From the NCBI GenBank assembly GCA_964016885.1, contig OZ024741.1:414408001-414472000 (forward strand): DNA of 64,000 nt, in the 5' to 3' direction. Numbering within the stretch: the first letter of the stretch is position 1; each line of letters begins with the position of its first letter. Under the pieces are notes generated by a model. It worked only from the letters and a program-made list of their open reading frames with translations. It was not told the DNA's origin and did not search any database. Made by a program: the position numbers and the translations under genes. This stretch comes from Eledone cirrhosa (taxonomy: Eukaryota). Of this stretch, positions 12,481-27,487 are shown piece by piece.

Positions 12481-15400
12481 GACCTTTAACCCCTCAACCC
12501 TGCTAACCCAATATTTCAGTACTAACCTTTAACCCCTCAACCCTGCTAACCCAATATTTCAATACTAACCTTTAACCCCTCAACCCTGCTAACCCAATAT
12601 TTCAATACTAACCTTTAACCCCTCAACCCTGCTAACCCAATATTTCAGTACTGATCTTTAACCCCTCAACCCTGCTAACCCAATATTACAATACTAACCT
12701 TTAACCCCTCAACCCTGCTAACCCAATATTTCAGTACTGACCTTTAACCCCTCAACCCTGCTAACCCAATATTTCAGTACTAACCTTTAACCCCTCAACC
12801 CTGCTAACCCAATATTTCAGTACTGACCTTTAACCCCTCAACCCTGCTAACCCAATATTTCAATACTAATCTTTAACCCCTCAACCCTGCTAACCCAATA
12901 TTTCAGTACTGACCTTTAACCCCTCAACCCTGCTAACCCAATATTTCAGTACTAACCTTTAACCCCTCAACCCTGCTAACCCAATATTACAATACTAACC
13001 TTTAACCCCTCAACCCTGCTAACCCAATATTTCAGTACTGACCTTTAACCCCTCAACCCTGCTAACCCAATATTTCAGTACTGACCTTTAACCCCTCAAC
13101 CCTGCTAACCCAATATTACAATACTAACCTTTAACCCCTCAACCCTGCTAACCCAATATTTCAGTACTGACCTTTTACCCCTCAACCCTGCTAACCCAAT
13201 ATTTGAGTACTGACCTTTAACACCTCAACCCTGCTAACCCAATATTACAATACTAACCTTTAAACCCTCAACCCTGCTAACCCAATATTACAATACTGAC
13301 CTTTAACCCCTCAACCCTGCTAACCCAATATTTCAGTACTAACCTTTAACCCCTCAACCCTGCTAACCCAATATTACAATACTAACCTTTAACCCCTCAA
13401 CCCTGCTAACCCAATATTTCAGTACTGACCTTTAACCCCTCAACCCTGCTAACCCAATATTTCAGTACAGACCTTTAACCCCTCAACGCTTCTAACCCAG
13501 TATTTCAATACTAACCTTTAACTCCTCAACCCTGCTAACCCAATATTTCAGTACTGACCTTTAACCCCTCAACCCTGCTAACCCAATATTTCAGTACTAA
13601 CCTTTAACCCCTCAACCCTGCTAACCCAATATTTCAGTACTAACCTTTAACCCCTCAACCCTGCTAACCCAATATTTCAGTACTGACCTTTAACCCCTCA
13701 ACCCTGCTAACCCAATATTTCAGTACTAACCTTTAACCCCTCAACCCTGCTAACCCAATATTTCAGTACAGACCTTTAACCCCTCAACGCTTCTAACCCA
13801 GTATTTCAATACTAACCTTTAACTCCTCAACCCTGCTAACCCAATATTTCAGTACTAACCTTTAACCCCTCAACCCTGCTAACCCAATATTTCAGTACTG
13901 ACCTTTAACTCCTCAACCCTGCTAACCCAATATTTCAGTACTGACCTTTAACCCCTCAACCCTGCTAACCCAATATTTCAGTACTAACCTTTAACCCCTC
14001 AACCCTGCTAACCCAATATTTCAGTACTGACCTTTAACTCCTCAACCCTGCTAACCCAATATTTCAGTACTGACCTTTAACCCCTCAACGCTTCTAACCC
14101 AGTATTTCAATACTGACCTTTAACCCCTCAACCCTGCTAACCCAATATTTCAGTACTGACCTTTAACCCCTCAACCCTGCTAACCCAATATTTCAGTACT
14201 GACCTTTAACCCCTCAACCCTGCTAACCCAATATTTCAGTACTGACCTTTAACCCCTCAACCCTGCTAACCCAATATTTCAGTACTAACCTTTAACCCCT
14301 CAACCCTGCTAACCCAATATTTCAGTACTGACCTTTAACCCCTCAACCCTGCTAACCCAATATTTCAGTACTGACCTTTAACCCCTCAACCCTGCTAACC
14401 CAATATTTCAGTACTAACCTTTAACCCCTCAACCCTGCTAACCCAATATTTCAGTACTGACCTTTAACCCCTCAACCCTGCTAACCCAATATTTCAGTAC
14501 TAACCTTTAACCCCTCAACCCTGCTAACCCAATATTTCAGTACTGACCTTTAACCCCTCAACCCTGCTAACCCAATATTTCAATACTAACCTTTACCTCC
14601 TCAACCCTGCTAACCCAATATTTCAGTACTGACCTTTAACCCCTCAACCCTGCTAACCCAATATTTCAGTACTGACCTTTAACCCCTCAACCCTGCTAAC
14701 CCAATATTTCAATACTAACCTTTAACCCCTCAACCCTGCTAACACAATATTACAATACTAACCTTTAACCCCTCAACCCTGCTAACCCAATATTTCAATA
14801 CTGACCTTTAACCCCTCAACCCTGCTAACCCAATATTTCAATACTAATCATTAACCCCTCAACCCTGCTAACCCAATATTTCAGTACTGACCTTTAACCC
14901 CTCAACGCTGCTAACCCAATATTACAATACTAACTTTTAACCCCTCAACCCTGCTAACCCAATATTTCAATACTAACCTTTAACCCCTCAACCCTGCTAA
15001 CCCAATATTTCAGTACTGACCTTTAACCCCTCAACCCTGCTAACCCAATATTACAATACTAACCTTTAACCCTTCAACCCTGCTAACCCAAAATATTTCA
15101 ATACTAACCTTTAACCCCTCAACCCTGCTAACCCAATATTTCAGTACTGACCTTTAACCCCTCAACCCTGCTAACCCAATATTTCAGTAGTGACCTTTAA
15201 CCCCTCAACCCTGCTAACCCAATATTTCAGTACTGACCTTTAACCCCCCAACCTTGCTAACCCAATATTTCAATACTAACCTTTAACCCTCAACCCTGCT
15301 AACCAAATATTTCAATACTGACCTTTAACCCCTCAACCCTGCTAACCCAATATTTCAGTACTGACCTTTAACCCCTCAACCCTGCTAACCCAATATTTCA

Positions 15401-15899
15401 GTACTGACCTTTAACCCCTCAACCTTGCTAACCCAATATTTCAATACTAACCTTTAACCCTCAACCATGCTAACCCAATATTTCAATACTGACCTTTAAC
15501 CCCTCAACCCTGCTAACCCAATATTTCAGTACTGACATTTAACCCCTCAACCCCGCTAACCCAATATTACAATACTAACCTTTAACCCCTCAACCCTGCT
15601 AACCCAATATTTCAATACTAACCTTTAACCCCTCAACCCTGCTAACCCGATATTTCAGTACTAACCTTTAACCCCTCATCCCTGCTAACCCAATATTTCA
15701 ATACTAACCTTTAACTCCTCAACCCTGCTAACCCAATATTTCAATACTAGCCTTTAACCCCTCAACCCTACTAACCCAATATTTCAATACTAACCTTTAA
15801 CCCCTCAAACCTGCTAACCCAATATTTCAATACTAACCTTTAACCCCTCAACCCTGCTAACCCAATATTTCAGTACTAACCTTTAACCCCTCAACCCTG

Positions 15900-18400
15900 C
15901 TAACCCAATATTTCAGTACTGAACTTTAACCCCTCAACCCTGCTAACCCAATATTTCAGTACTAACCTTTAACCCCTCAAACCTGCTAACCAAATATTTC
16001 AAGACTGAACTTTAACCCCTCAACCCTGCTAACCCAATATTTCAATACTAATCTTTAACCCCTCAACCCAGCTAACCCAATATTTCAGTACTGACCTTTA
16101 ACTCCTCAACCCTGCTAACCCAATATTTCAGTACTAACCTTTAACCCCTCAACCCTGCTAACCCAATATTACAATACTAACCTTTAACACCTCAACCCTG
16201 CCAACGCAATATTTCAATACTAACCTTTAACCCCTCAACCCTGCTAACCCAATATTACAATACTAACCTTTAACACCTCAACCCTGCCAACGCAATATTT
16301 CAATACTAACCTTTAGCCCCTCAACACTGCTAACCCAATATTTCAGTACTGACCTTTAACCCCTCAACCCTGCTAACCCAATATTTCAGTACTGACCTTT
16401 AACCCCTCAACCCTGCTAACCCAATATTACAATACTAACCTTTAACCCCTCAACCCTGCTAACCCAATATTACAATACTAACCTTTAACCCCTCAACCTT
16501 GCTAACCCAATATCTCAGTACTGACCTTTAACCCCTCAACCCTGCTAACCCAATATTTCAGTACTAACCTTTAACCCCTCAACCCTGCTAACCCAATATT
16601 ACAATACTAACCTTTAACACCTCAACCCTGCCAACGCAATATTTCAATACTAACCTTTAACCCCTCAACCCTGCTAACCCAATATTACAATACTAACCTT
16701 TAACACCTCAACCCTGCCAACGCAATATTTCAATACTAACCTTTAACCCCTCAACCCTGCTAACCCAATATTACAATACTAACCTTTAACACCTCAACCC
16801 TGCCAACGCAATATTTCAATACTAACCTTTAACCCCTCAACACTGCTAACCCAATATTTCAGTACTGACCTTTAACCCCTCAACCCTGCTAACCCAATAT
16901 TTCAGTACTGACCTTTAACCCCTCAACCCTGCTAACCCAATATTTCAGTACTGACCTTTAACCCCTCAACCCTGCTAACCCAATATTACAATACTAACCT
17001 TTAACCCCTCAACCCTGCTAACCCAATATTACAATACTAACCTTTAACCCCTCAACCTTGCTAACCCAATATCTCAGTACTGACCTTTAACCCCTCAACC
17101 CTGCTAACCCAATATTTCAGTACTAACCTTTAACCCCTCAACCCTGCTAACCCAATATTTCAGTACTGAACTTTAACCCCTCAACCCTGCTAACCCAATA
17201 TTTCAGTACTAACCTTTAACCCCTCAAACCTGCTAACCAAATATTTCAAGACTGAACTTTAACCCCTCAACCCTGCTAACCCAATATTTCAATACTAATC
17301 TTTAACCCCTCAACCCAGCTAACCCAATATTTCAGTACTGACCTTTAACCCCTCAACCCTGCTAACCCAATATTTCAGTACTAACCTTTAACCCCTCAAC
17401 CCTGCTAACCCAATATTACAATACTAACCTTTAACACCTCAACCCTGCCAACGCAATATTTCAATACTAACCTTTAACCCCTCAACCCTGCTAACCCAAT
17501 ATTACAATACTAACCTTTAACACCTCAACCCTGCCAACGCAATATTTCAATACTAACCTTTAGCCCCTCAACACTGCTAACCCAATATTTCAGTACTGAC
17601 CTTTAACCCCTCAACCCTGCTAACCCAATATTACAATACTAACCTTTAACCCCTCAACCCTGCTAACCCAATATTACAATACTAACCTTTAACCCCTCAA
17701 CCTTGCTAACCCAATATCTCAGTACTGACCTTTAACCCCTCAACCCTGCTAACCCAATATTTCAGTACTAACCTTTAACCCCTCAACCCTGCTAACCCAA
17801 TATTACAATACTAACCTTTAACACCTCAACCCTGCCAACGCAATATTTCAATACTAACCTTTAACCCCTCAACCCTGCTAACCCAATATTACAATACTAA
17901 CCTTTAACACCTCAACCCCGCCAACGCAATATTTCAATACTAACCTTTAACCCCTCAACCCTGCTAACCCAATATTACAATACTAACCTTTAACACCTCA
18001 ACCCTGCCAACGCAATATTTCAATACTAACCTTTAACCCCTCAACACTGCTAACCCAATATTTCAGTACTGACCTTTAACCCCTCAACCCTGCTAACCCA
18101 ATATTTCAGTACTGACCTTTAACCCCTCAACCCTGCTAACCTAATATTTCAGTACTGACCTTTAACCCCTCAACCCTGCTAACCCAATATTACAATACTA
18201 ACCTTTAACCCCTCAACCCTGCTAACCCAATATTACAATACTAACCTTTAACCCCTCAACCTTGCTAACCCAATATCTCAGTACTGACCTTTAACCCCTC
18301 AACCCTGCTAACCCAATATTTCAGTACTAACCTTTAACCCCTCAACCCTGCTAACCCAATAGTACAATACTAACCTTTAACCCCTCAACCCTGCTAACCC
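15900..18400 (+). repeat. Local tandem duplication of about 29 monomers (1247 bp)
   Basis: AGACTGAACT is at 16002 and 17249, and the TTTAGCCCC G is at 16316 and 17563 (both +1247 = 29x43). Boundaries are approximate. Confidence 0.85.
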
Positions 18401-21400
18401 AATATTTCAATACTAACCTTTAACTCCTCAACCCTGCTAACCCAATATTTCAGTGCTGACCTTTAACCCCTCAACCCTGCTAACCCAATATTTCAGTACT
18501 AACCTTTAACCCCTCAACCCTGCTAACCCAATATTTCAGTACTGACCTTTAACCCCTCAACCCTGCTAACCCAATATTTCAGTACTGACCTTTAACCCCT
18601 CAACCCTGCTAACCCAATATTTCAGTACTGACCTTTAACCCCTCAACCCTGCTAACCCAATATTTCAGTACTGACCTTTAACCCCTCAACCCTGCTAACC
18701 CAATATTTCAGTACTGACCTTTAACCCCTCAACCCTGCTAACCCAATATTTCAGTACTGACCTTTAACCCCTCAACCCTGCTAACCCAATATTTCAGTAC
18801 TGACCTTTAACCCCTCAACGCTGCTAACCCAATATTTCAATACTAACCTTTAACTCCTCAACCCTGCTAACCCAATATTTCAGTACTGACCTTTAACCCC
18901 TCAACCCTGCTAACCCAATATTTCAGTACTAACCTTTAACCCCTCAACCCTGCTAACCCAATATTTCAATACTAACCTTTAACCCCTCAACTCTGCTAAC
19001 CCAATATTACAATACTAACCTTTAACCCCTCAACCCTGCTAACCCAATATTTCAGTACTGACCTTTAACCCCTCAACCCTGCTAACCCAATATTTCAGTA
19101 CTGACCTTTAACCCCTCAACCCTGCTAACCCAATATTACAATACTAACCTTTAACACCTCAACCCTGCCAACGCAATATTTCAATACTAACCTTTAACCC
19201 CTCAACCCTGCTAACCCAATATTACAATAATAACCTTTAACACCTCAACCCTGCCAACGCAATATTTCAATACTAACCTTTAGCCCCGCAACACTGCTAA
19301 CCCAATATTTCAGTACTGACCTTTAACCCCTCAACCCTGCTAACCCAATATTTCAGTACTGACCTTTAACCCCTCAACCCTGCTAACCCAATATTACAAT
19401 ACTAACCTTTAACCCCTCAACCCTGCTAACCCAATATTACAATACTAACCTTTAACCCCTCAACCTTGCTAACCCAATATCTCAGTACTGACCTTTAACC
19501 CCTCAGCCCTGCTAACCCAATATTTCAGTACTAACCTTTAACCCCTCAACCCTGCTAACCCAATATTACAATACTAACCTTTAACACCTCAACCCTGCCA
19601 ACGCAATATTTCAATACTAACCTTTAACCCCTCAACCCTGCTAACCCAATATTACAATACTAACCTTTAACACCTCAACCCTGCCAACGCAATATTTCAA
19701 TACTAACCTTTAACCCCTCAACCCTGCTAACCCAATATTACAATACTAACCTTTAACACCTCAACCCTGCCAACGCAATATTTCAATACTAACCTTTAAC
19801 CCCTCAACCCTGCTAACCCAATATTACAATACTAACCTTTAACACCTCAACCCTGCCAACGCAATATTTCAATACTAACCTTTAACCCCTCAACACTGCT
19901 AACCCAATATTTCAGTACTGACCTTTAACCCCTCAACCCTGCTAACCCAATATTTCAGTACTGACCTTTAACCCCTCAACCCTGCTAACCCAATATTTCA
20001 GTACTGACCTTTAACCCCTCAACCCTGCTAACCCAATATTACAATACTAACCTTTAACCCCTCAACCCTGCTAACCCAATATTACAATACTAACCTTTAA
20101 CCCCTCAACCTTGCTAACCCAATATCTCAGTACTGACCTTTAACCCCTCAACCCTGCTAACCCAATATTTCAGTACTAACCTTTAACCCCTCAACCCTGC
20201 TAACCCAATAGTACAATACTAACCTTTAACCCCTCAACCCTGCTAACCCAATATTTCAATACTAACCTTTAACCCCTCAACCCTGTTAACCCAATATTTC
20301 AGTACTGACCTTTAACCCCTCAACCCTGCTAACCCAATATTTCAGTACTGACCTTTAACCCCTCAACCCTGCTAACCCAATATTTCAGTACTAACCTTTA
20401 ACCCCTCAACCCTGCTAACCCAATATTACAATACTAACCTTTAACACCTCAACCCTGCCAACGCAATATTTCAATACTAACCTTTAACCCCTCAACCCTG
20501 CTAACCCAATATTACAATACTAACCTTTAACACCTCAACCCTGCCAACGCAATATTTCAATACTAACCTTTAGCCCCTCAACACTGCTAACCCAATATTT
20601 CAGTACTGACCTTTAACCCCTCAACCCTGCTAACCCAATATTTCAGTACTGACCTTTAACCCCTCAACCCTGCTAACCCAATATTACAATACTAACCTTT
20701 AACCCCTCAACCCTGCTAACCCAATATTACAATACTAACCTTTAACCCCTCAACCTTGCTAACCCAATATCTCAGTACTGACCTTTAACCCCTCAGCCCT
20801 GCTAACCCAATATTTCAGTACTAACCTTTAACCCCTCAACCCTGCTAACCCAATATTACAATACTAACCTTTAACACCTCAACCCTGCCAACGCAATATT
20901 TCAATACTAACCTTTAACCCCTCAACCCTGCTAACCCAATATTACAATACTAACCTTTAACACCTCAACCCTGCCAACGCAATATTTCAATACTAACCTT
21001 TAACCCCTCAACCCTGCTAACCCAATATTACAATACTAACCTTTAACACCTCAACCCTGCCAACGCAATATTTCAATACTAACCTTTAACCCCTCAACAC
21101 TGCTAACCCAATATTTCAGTACTGACCTTTAACCCCTCAACCCTGCTAACCCAATATTTCAGTACTGACCTTTAACCCCTCAACCCTGCTAACCCAATAT
21201 TTCAGTACTGACCTTTAACCCCTCAACCCTGCTAACCCAATATTACAATACTAACCTTTAACCCCTCAACCCTGCTAACCCAATATTACAATACTAACCT
21301 TTAACCCCTCAACCTTGCTAACCCAATATCTCAGTACTGACCTTTAACCCCTCAACCCTGCTAACCCAATATTTCAGTACTAACCTTTAACCCCTCAACC

Positions 21401-22991
21401 CTGCTAACCCAATAGTACAATACTAACCTTTAACCCCTCAACCCTGCTAACCCAATATTTCAATACTAACCTTTAACTCCTCAACCCTGCTAACCCAATA
21501 TTTCAGTGCTGACCTTTAACCCCTCAACCCTGCTAACCCAATATTTCAGTACTAACCTTTAACCCCTCAACCCTGCTAACCCAATATTTCAGTACTGACC
21601 TTTAACCCCTCAACCCTGCTAACCCAATATTTCAGTACTGACCTTTAACCCCTCAACCCTGCTAACCCAATATTTCAGTACTGACCTTTAACCCCTCAAC
21701 CCTGCTAACCCAATATTTCAGTACTGACCTTTAACCCCTCAACCCTGCTAACCCAATATTTCAGTACTGACCTTTAACCCCTCAACCCTGCTAACCCAAT
21801 ATTTCAGTACTGACCTTTAACCCCTCAACCCTGCTAACCCAATATTTCAGTACTGACCTTTAACACCTCAACCCTGCTAACCCAATATTTCAGTACTGAC
21901 CTTTAACCCCTCAACGCTGCTAACCCAATATTTCAATACTAACCTTTAACTCCTCAACCCTGCTAACCCAATATTTCAGTACTGACCTTTAACCCCTCAA
22001 CCCTGCTAACCCAATATTTCAGTACTAACCTTTAACCCCTCAACCCTGCTAACCCAATATTTCAATACTAACCTTTAACCCCTCAACTCTGCTAACCCAA
22101 TATTACAATACTAACCTTTAACCCCTCAACCCTGCTAACCCAATATTTCAGTACTGACCTTTAACCCCTCAACCCTGCTAACCCAATGTTTCAGTACTGA
22201 TCTTTAACCCCTCAACCCTGCTAACCCAATATTACAATACTAACCTTTAACCCCTCAACCCTGCTAACCCAATATTTCAGTACTAACCTTTAACCCCTCA
22301 ACCCTGCTAACCCAATATTACAATACTAACCTTTAACCCCTCAACCCTGCTAACCCAATATTACAATACTAACCTTTAACCCCTCAACCCTGTTAACCCA
22401 ATATTTCAGTACTGACCTTGAACCCCTCAACCCTGCTAACCCAATATTACAATACTGACCTTTAACCCCTCAACCCTGCTAACCCAATATTACAATACTA
22501 ACCTTTAACCCCTCAACCTTGCTAACCCAATATCTCAGTACTGACCTTTAACCCCTCAACCCTGCTAACCCAATATTTCAGTACTAACCTTTAACCCCTC
22601 AACCCTACTAACCCAATAGTACAATACTAACCTTTAACCCCTCAACCCTGCTAACCCAATATTTCAATACTAACCTTTAACCCCTCAACCCTGTTAACCC
22701 AATATTTCAGTACTGACCTTTAACCCCTCAACCCTGCTAACCCAATATTTCAGTACTGACCTTTAACCCCTCAACCCTGCTAACCCAATATTTCAGTACT
22801 AACCTTTAACCCCTCAACCCTGCTAACACAATATTACAATACTAACCTTTAACACCTCAACCCTGCCAACGCAATATTTCAATACTAACCTTTAACCCCT
22901 CAACCCTGCTAACCCAATATTACAATACTAACCTTTAACACCTCAACCCTGCCAACGCAATATTTCAATACTAACCTTTAGCCCCTCAACA

Positions 22992-25900
22992 CTGCTAACC
23001 CAATATTTCAGTACTGACCTTTAACCCCTCAACCCTGCTAACCCAATATTTCAGTACTGACCTTTAACCCCTCAACCCTGCTAACCCAATATTACAATAC
23101 TAACCTTTAACCCCTCAACCCTGCTAACCCAATATTACAATACTAACCTTTAACCCCTCAACTTTGCTAACCCAATATCTCAGTACTGACCTTTAACCCC
23201 TCAACCCTGCTAACCCAATATTTCAGTACTAACCTTTAACCCCTCAACCCTGCTAACCCAATATTACAATACTAACCTTTAACACCTCAACCCTGCCAAC
23301 GCAATATTTCAATACTAACCTTTAACCCCTCAACCCTGCTAACCCAATATTACAATACTAACCTTTAACACCTCAACCCTGCCAACGCAATATTTCAATA
23401 CTAACCTTTAACCCCTCAACCCTGCTAACCCAATATTACAATACTAACCTTTAACACCTCAACCCTGCCAACGCAATATTTCAATACTAACCTTTAACCC
23501 CTCAACCCTGCTAACCCAATATTACGATACTAACCTTTAACACCTCAACCCTGCCAACGCAATATTTCAATACTAACCTTTAACCCCTCAACACGGCTAA
23601 CCCAATATTTCAGTACTGACCTTTAACCCCTCAACCCTGCTAACCCAATATTTCAGTACTGATCTTTAACCCCTCAACCCTGCTAACCCAATATTTCAGT
23701 ACTGACCTTTAACCCCTCAACCCTGCTAACCCAATATTACAATACTAACCTTTAACCCCTCAACCCTGCTAACCCAATATTACAATACTAACCTTTAACC
23801 CCTCAACCTTGCTAACCCAATATCTCAGTACTGACCTTTAACCCCTCAACCCTGCTAACCCAATATTTCAGTACTAACCTTTAACCCCTCAACCCTGCTA
23901 ACCCAATAGTACAATACTAACCTTTAACCCCTCAACCCTGCTAACCCAATATTTCAATACTAACCTTTAACTCCTCAACCCTGCTAACCCAATATTTCAG
24001 TGCTGACCTTTAACCCCTCAACCCTGCTAACCCAATATTTCAGTACTAACCTTTAACCCCTCAACCCTGCTAACCCAATATTTCAGTACTGACCTTTAAC
24101 CCCTCAACCCTGCTAACCCAATATTTCAGTACTGACCTTTAACCCCTCAACCCTGCTAACCCAATATTTCAGTACTGACCTTTAACCCCTCAACGCTGCT
24201 AACCCAATATTTCAATACTAACCTTTAACTCCTCAACCCTGCTAACCCAATATTTCAGTACTAACCTTTAACCCCTCAACCCTGCTAAACCAATATTTCA
24301 GTACTGACCTTTAACCCCTCAACCCTGCTAACCCAATATTACAATACTAACCTTTAACCCCTCAACCCTGCTAACCCAATATTACAATACTAACCTTTAA
24401 CCCCTCAACCCTGCTAACCCAATATTTCAGTACTGACCTTTAACCCCTCAACCCTGCTAACCCAATATTTCAGTACTGACCTTTAACCCCTCAACCCTGC
24501 TAACCCAATATTTCAGTACTGACCTTTAACCCCTCAACGCTGCTAACCCAATATTTCAATACTAACCTTTAACTCCTCAACCCTGCTAACCCAATATTTC
24601 AGTACTAACCTTTAACCCCTCAACCCTGCTAACCCAATATTTCAGTACTAACCTTTAACCCCTCAACTCTGCTAACCCAATATTACAATACTAACCTTTA
24701 ACCCCTCAACCCTGCTAACCCAATATTTCAGTACTGACCTTTAACCCCTCAACCCTGCTAACCCAATGTTTCAGTACTGACCTTTAACCCGTCAACCCTG
24801 CTAACACAATATTACAATACTAACCTTTAACCCCTCAACCCTGCTAAGCCAATATTTCAGTACTAACCTTTAACCCCTCAACCCTGCTAACCCAATATTA
24901 CAATACTAACCTTTAACCCCTCAACCCTGCTAACCCAATATTACAATACTAACCTTTAACCCCTCAACCCTGTTAACCCAATATTTCAGTACTGACCTTT
25001 AACCCCTCAACCCTGCTAACCCAATATTTCAGTACTGACCTTTAACCCCTCAACCCTGCTAACCCAATATTTCAGTACTGACCTTTAACCCCTCAACCCT
25101 GCTAACCCAATATTTCAGTACTGACCTTTAACCCCTCAACCCTGCTAACCCAATATTTCAGTACTGACCTTTAACCCCTCAACGCTGCTAACCCAATATT
25201 TCAATACTAACCTTTAACTCCTCAACCCTGCTAACCCAATATTTCAGTACTGACCTTTAACCCCTCAACCCTGCTAACCCAATATTTCAGTACTGACCTT
25301 TAACCCCTCAACCCTGCTAACCCAATATTACAATACTAACCTTTAACCCCTCAACCCTGCTAACCCAATATTACAATACTAACCTTTAACCCCTCAACTT
25401 TGCTAACCCAATATCTCAGTACTGACCTTTAACCCCTCAACCCTGCTAACCCAATATTTCAGTACTAACCTTTAACCCCTCAACCCTGCTAACCCAATAT
25501 TACAATACTAACCTTTAACACCTCAACCCTGCCAACGCAATATTTCAATACTAACCTTTAACCCCTCAACCCTGCTAACCCAATATTACAATACTAACCT
25601 TTAACACCTCAACCCTGCCAACGCAATATTTCAATACTAACCTTTAACCCCTCAACCCTGCTAACCCAATATTACAATACTAACCTTTAACACCTCAACC
25701 CTGCCAACGCAATATTTCAATACTAACCTTTAACCCCTCAACCCTGCTAACCCAATATTACGATACTAACCTTTAACACCTCAACCCTGCCAACGCAATA
25801 TTTCAATACTAACCTTTAACCCCTCAACACGGCTAACCCAATATTTCAGTACTGACCTTTAACCCCTCAACCCTGCTAACCCAATATTTCAGTACTGATC

Positions 25901-27487
25901 TTTAACCCCTCAACCCTGCTAACCCAATATTTCAGTACTGACCTTTAACCCCTCAACCCTGCTAACCCAATATTACAATACTAACCTTTAACCCCTCAAC
26001 CCTGCTAACCCAATATTACAATACTAACCTTTAACCCCTCAACCTTGCTAACCCAATATCTCAGTACTGACCTTTAACCCCTCAACCCTGCTAACCCAAT
26101 ATTTCAGTACTAACCTTTAACCCCTCAACCCTGCTAACCCAATAGTACAATACTAACCTTTAACCCCTCAACCCTGCTAACCCAATATTTCAATACTAAC
26201 CTTTAACTCCTCAACCCTGCTAACCCAATATTTCAGTGCTGACCTTTAACCCCTCAACCCTGCTAACCCAATATTTCAGTACTAACCTTTAACCCCTCAA
26301 CCCTGCTAACCCAATATTTCAGTACTGACCTTTAACCCCTCAACCCTGCTAACCCAATATTTCAGTACTGACCTATAACCCCTCAACCCTGCTAACCCAA
26401 TATTTCAGTACTGACCTTTAACCCCTCAACGCTGCTAACCCAATATTTCAATACTAACCTTTAACTCCTCAACCCTGCTAACCCAATATTTCAGTACTAA
26501 CCTTTAACCCCTCAACCCTGCTAAACCAATATTTCAGTACTGACCTTTAACCCCTCAACCCTGCTAACCCAATATTACAATACTAACCTTTAACCCCTCA
26601 ACCCTGCTAACCCAATATTACAATACTAACCTTTAACCCCTCAACCCTGCTAACCCAATATTTCAGTACTGACCTTTAACCCCTCAACCCTGCTAACCCA
26701 ATATTTCAGTACTGACCTTTAACCCCTCAACCCTGCTAACCCAATATTTCAGTACTGACCTTTAACCCCTCAACGCTGCTAACCCAATATTTCAATACTA
26801 ACCTTTAACTCCTCAACCCTGCTAACCCAATATTTCAGTACTAACCTTTAACCCCTCAACCCTGCTAACCCAATATTTCAGTACTAACCTTTAACCCCTC
26901 AACTCTGCTAACCCAATATTACAATACTAACCTTTAACCCCTCAACCCTGCTAACCCAATATTTCAGTACTGACCTTTAACCCCTCAACCCTGCTAACCC
27001 AATGTTTCAGTACTGACCTTTAACCCGTCAACCCTGCTAACACAATATTACAATACTAACCTTTAACCCCTCAACCCTGCTAAGCCAATATTTCAGTACT
27101 AACCTTTAACCCCTCAACCCTGCTAACCCAATATTACAATACTAACCTTTAACCCCTCAACCCTGCTAACCCAATATTACAATACTAACCTTTAACCCCT
27201 CAACCCTGTTAACCCAATATTTCAGTACTGACCTTTAACCCCTCAACCCTGCTAACCCAATATTTCAGTACTGACCTTTAACCCCTCAACCCTGCTAACC
27301 CAATATTTCAGTACTGACCTTTAACCCCTCAACCCTGCTAACCCAATATTTCAGTACTGACCTTTAACCCCTCAACCCTGCTAACCCAATATTTCAGTAC
27401 TGACCTTTAACCCCTCAACGCTGCTAACCCAATATTTCAATACTAACCTTTAACTCCTCAACCCTGCTAACCCAATATTTCAGTACT
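22992..27487 (+). repeat. Tandem duplication of a 52-monomer block (2236 bp)
   Basis: ACTTTGCT 23161/25397, ATTACGAT 23521/25757, ACACGGCT 23591/25827 and the CCCGTCAA G 24791/27027 are all +2236. A private SNV, ACCTATAACC, is at 26375. Confidence 0.93.
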
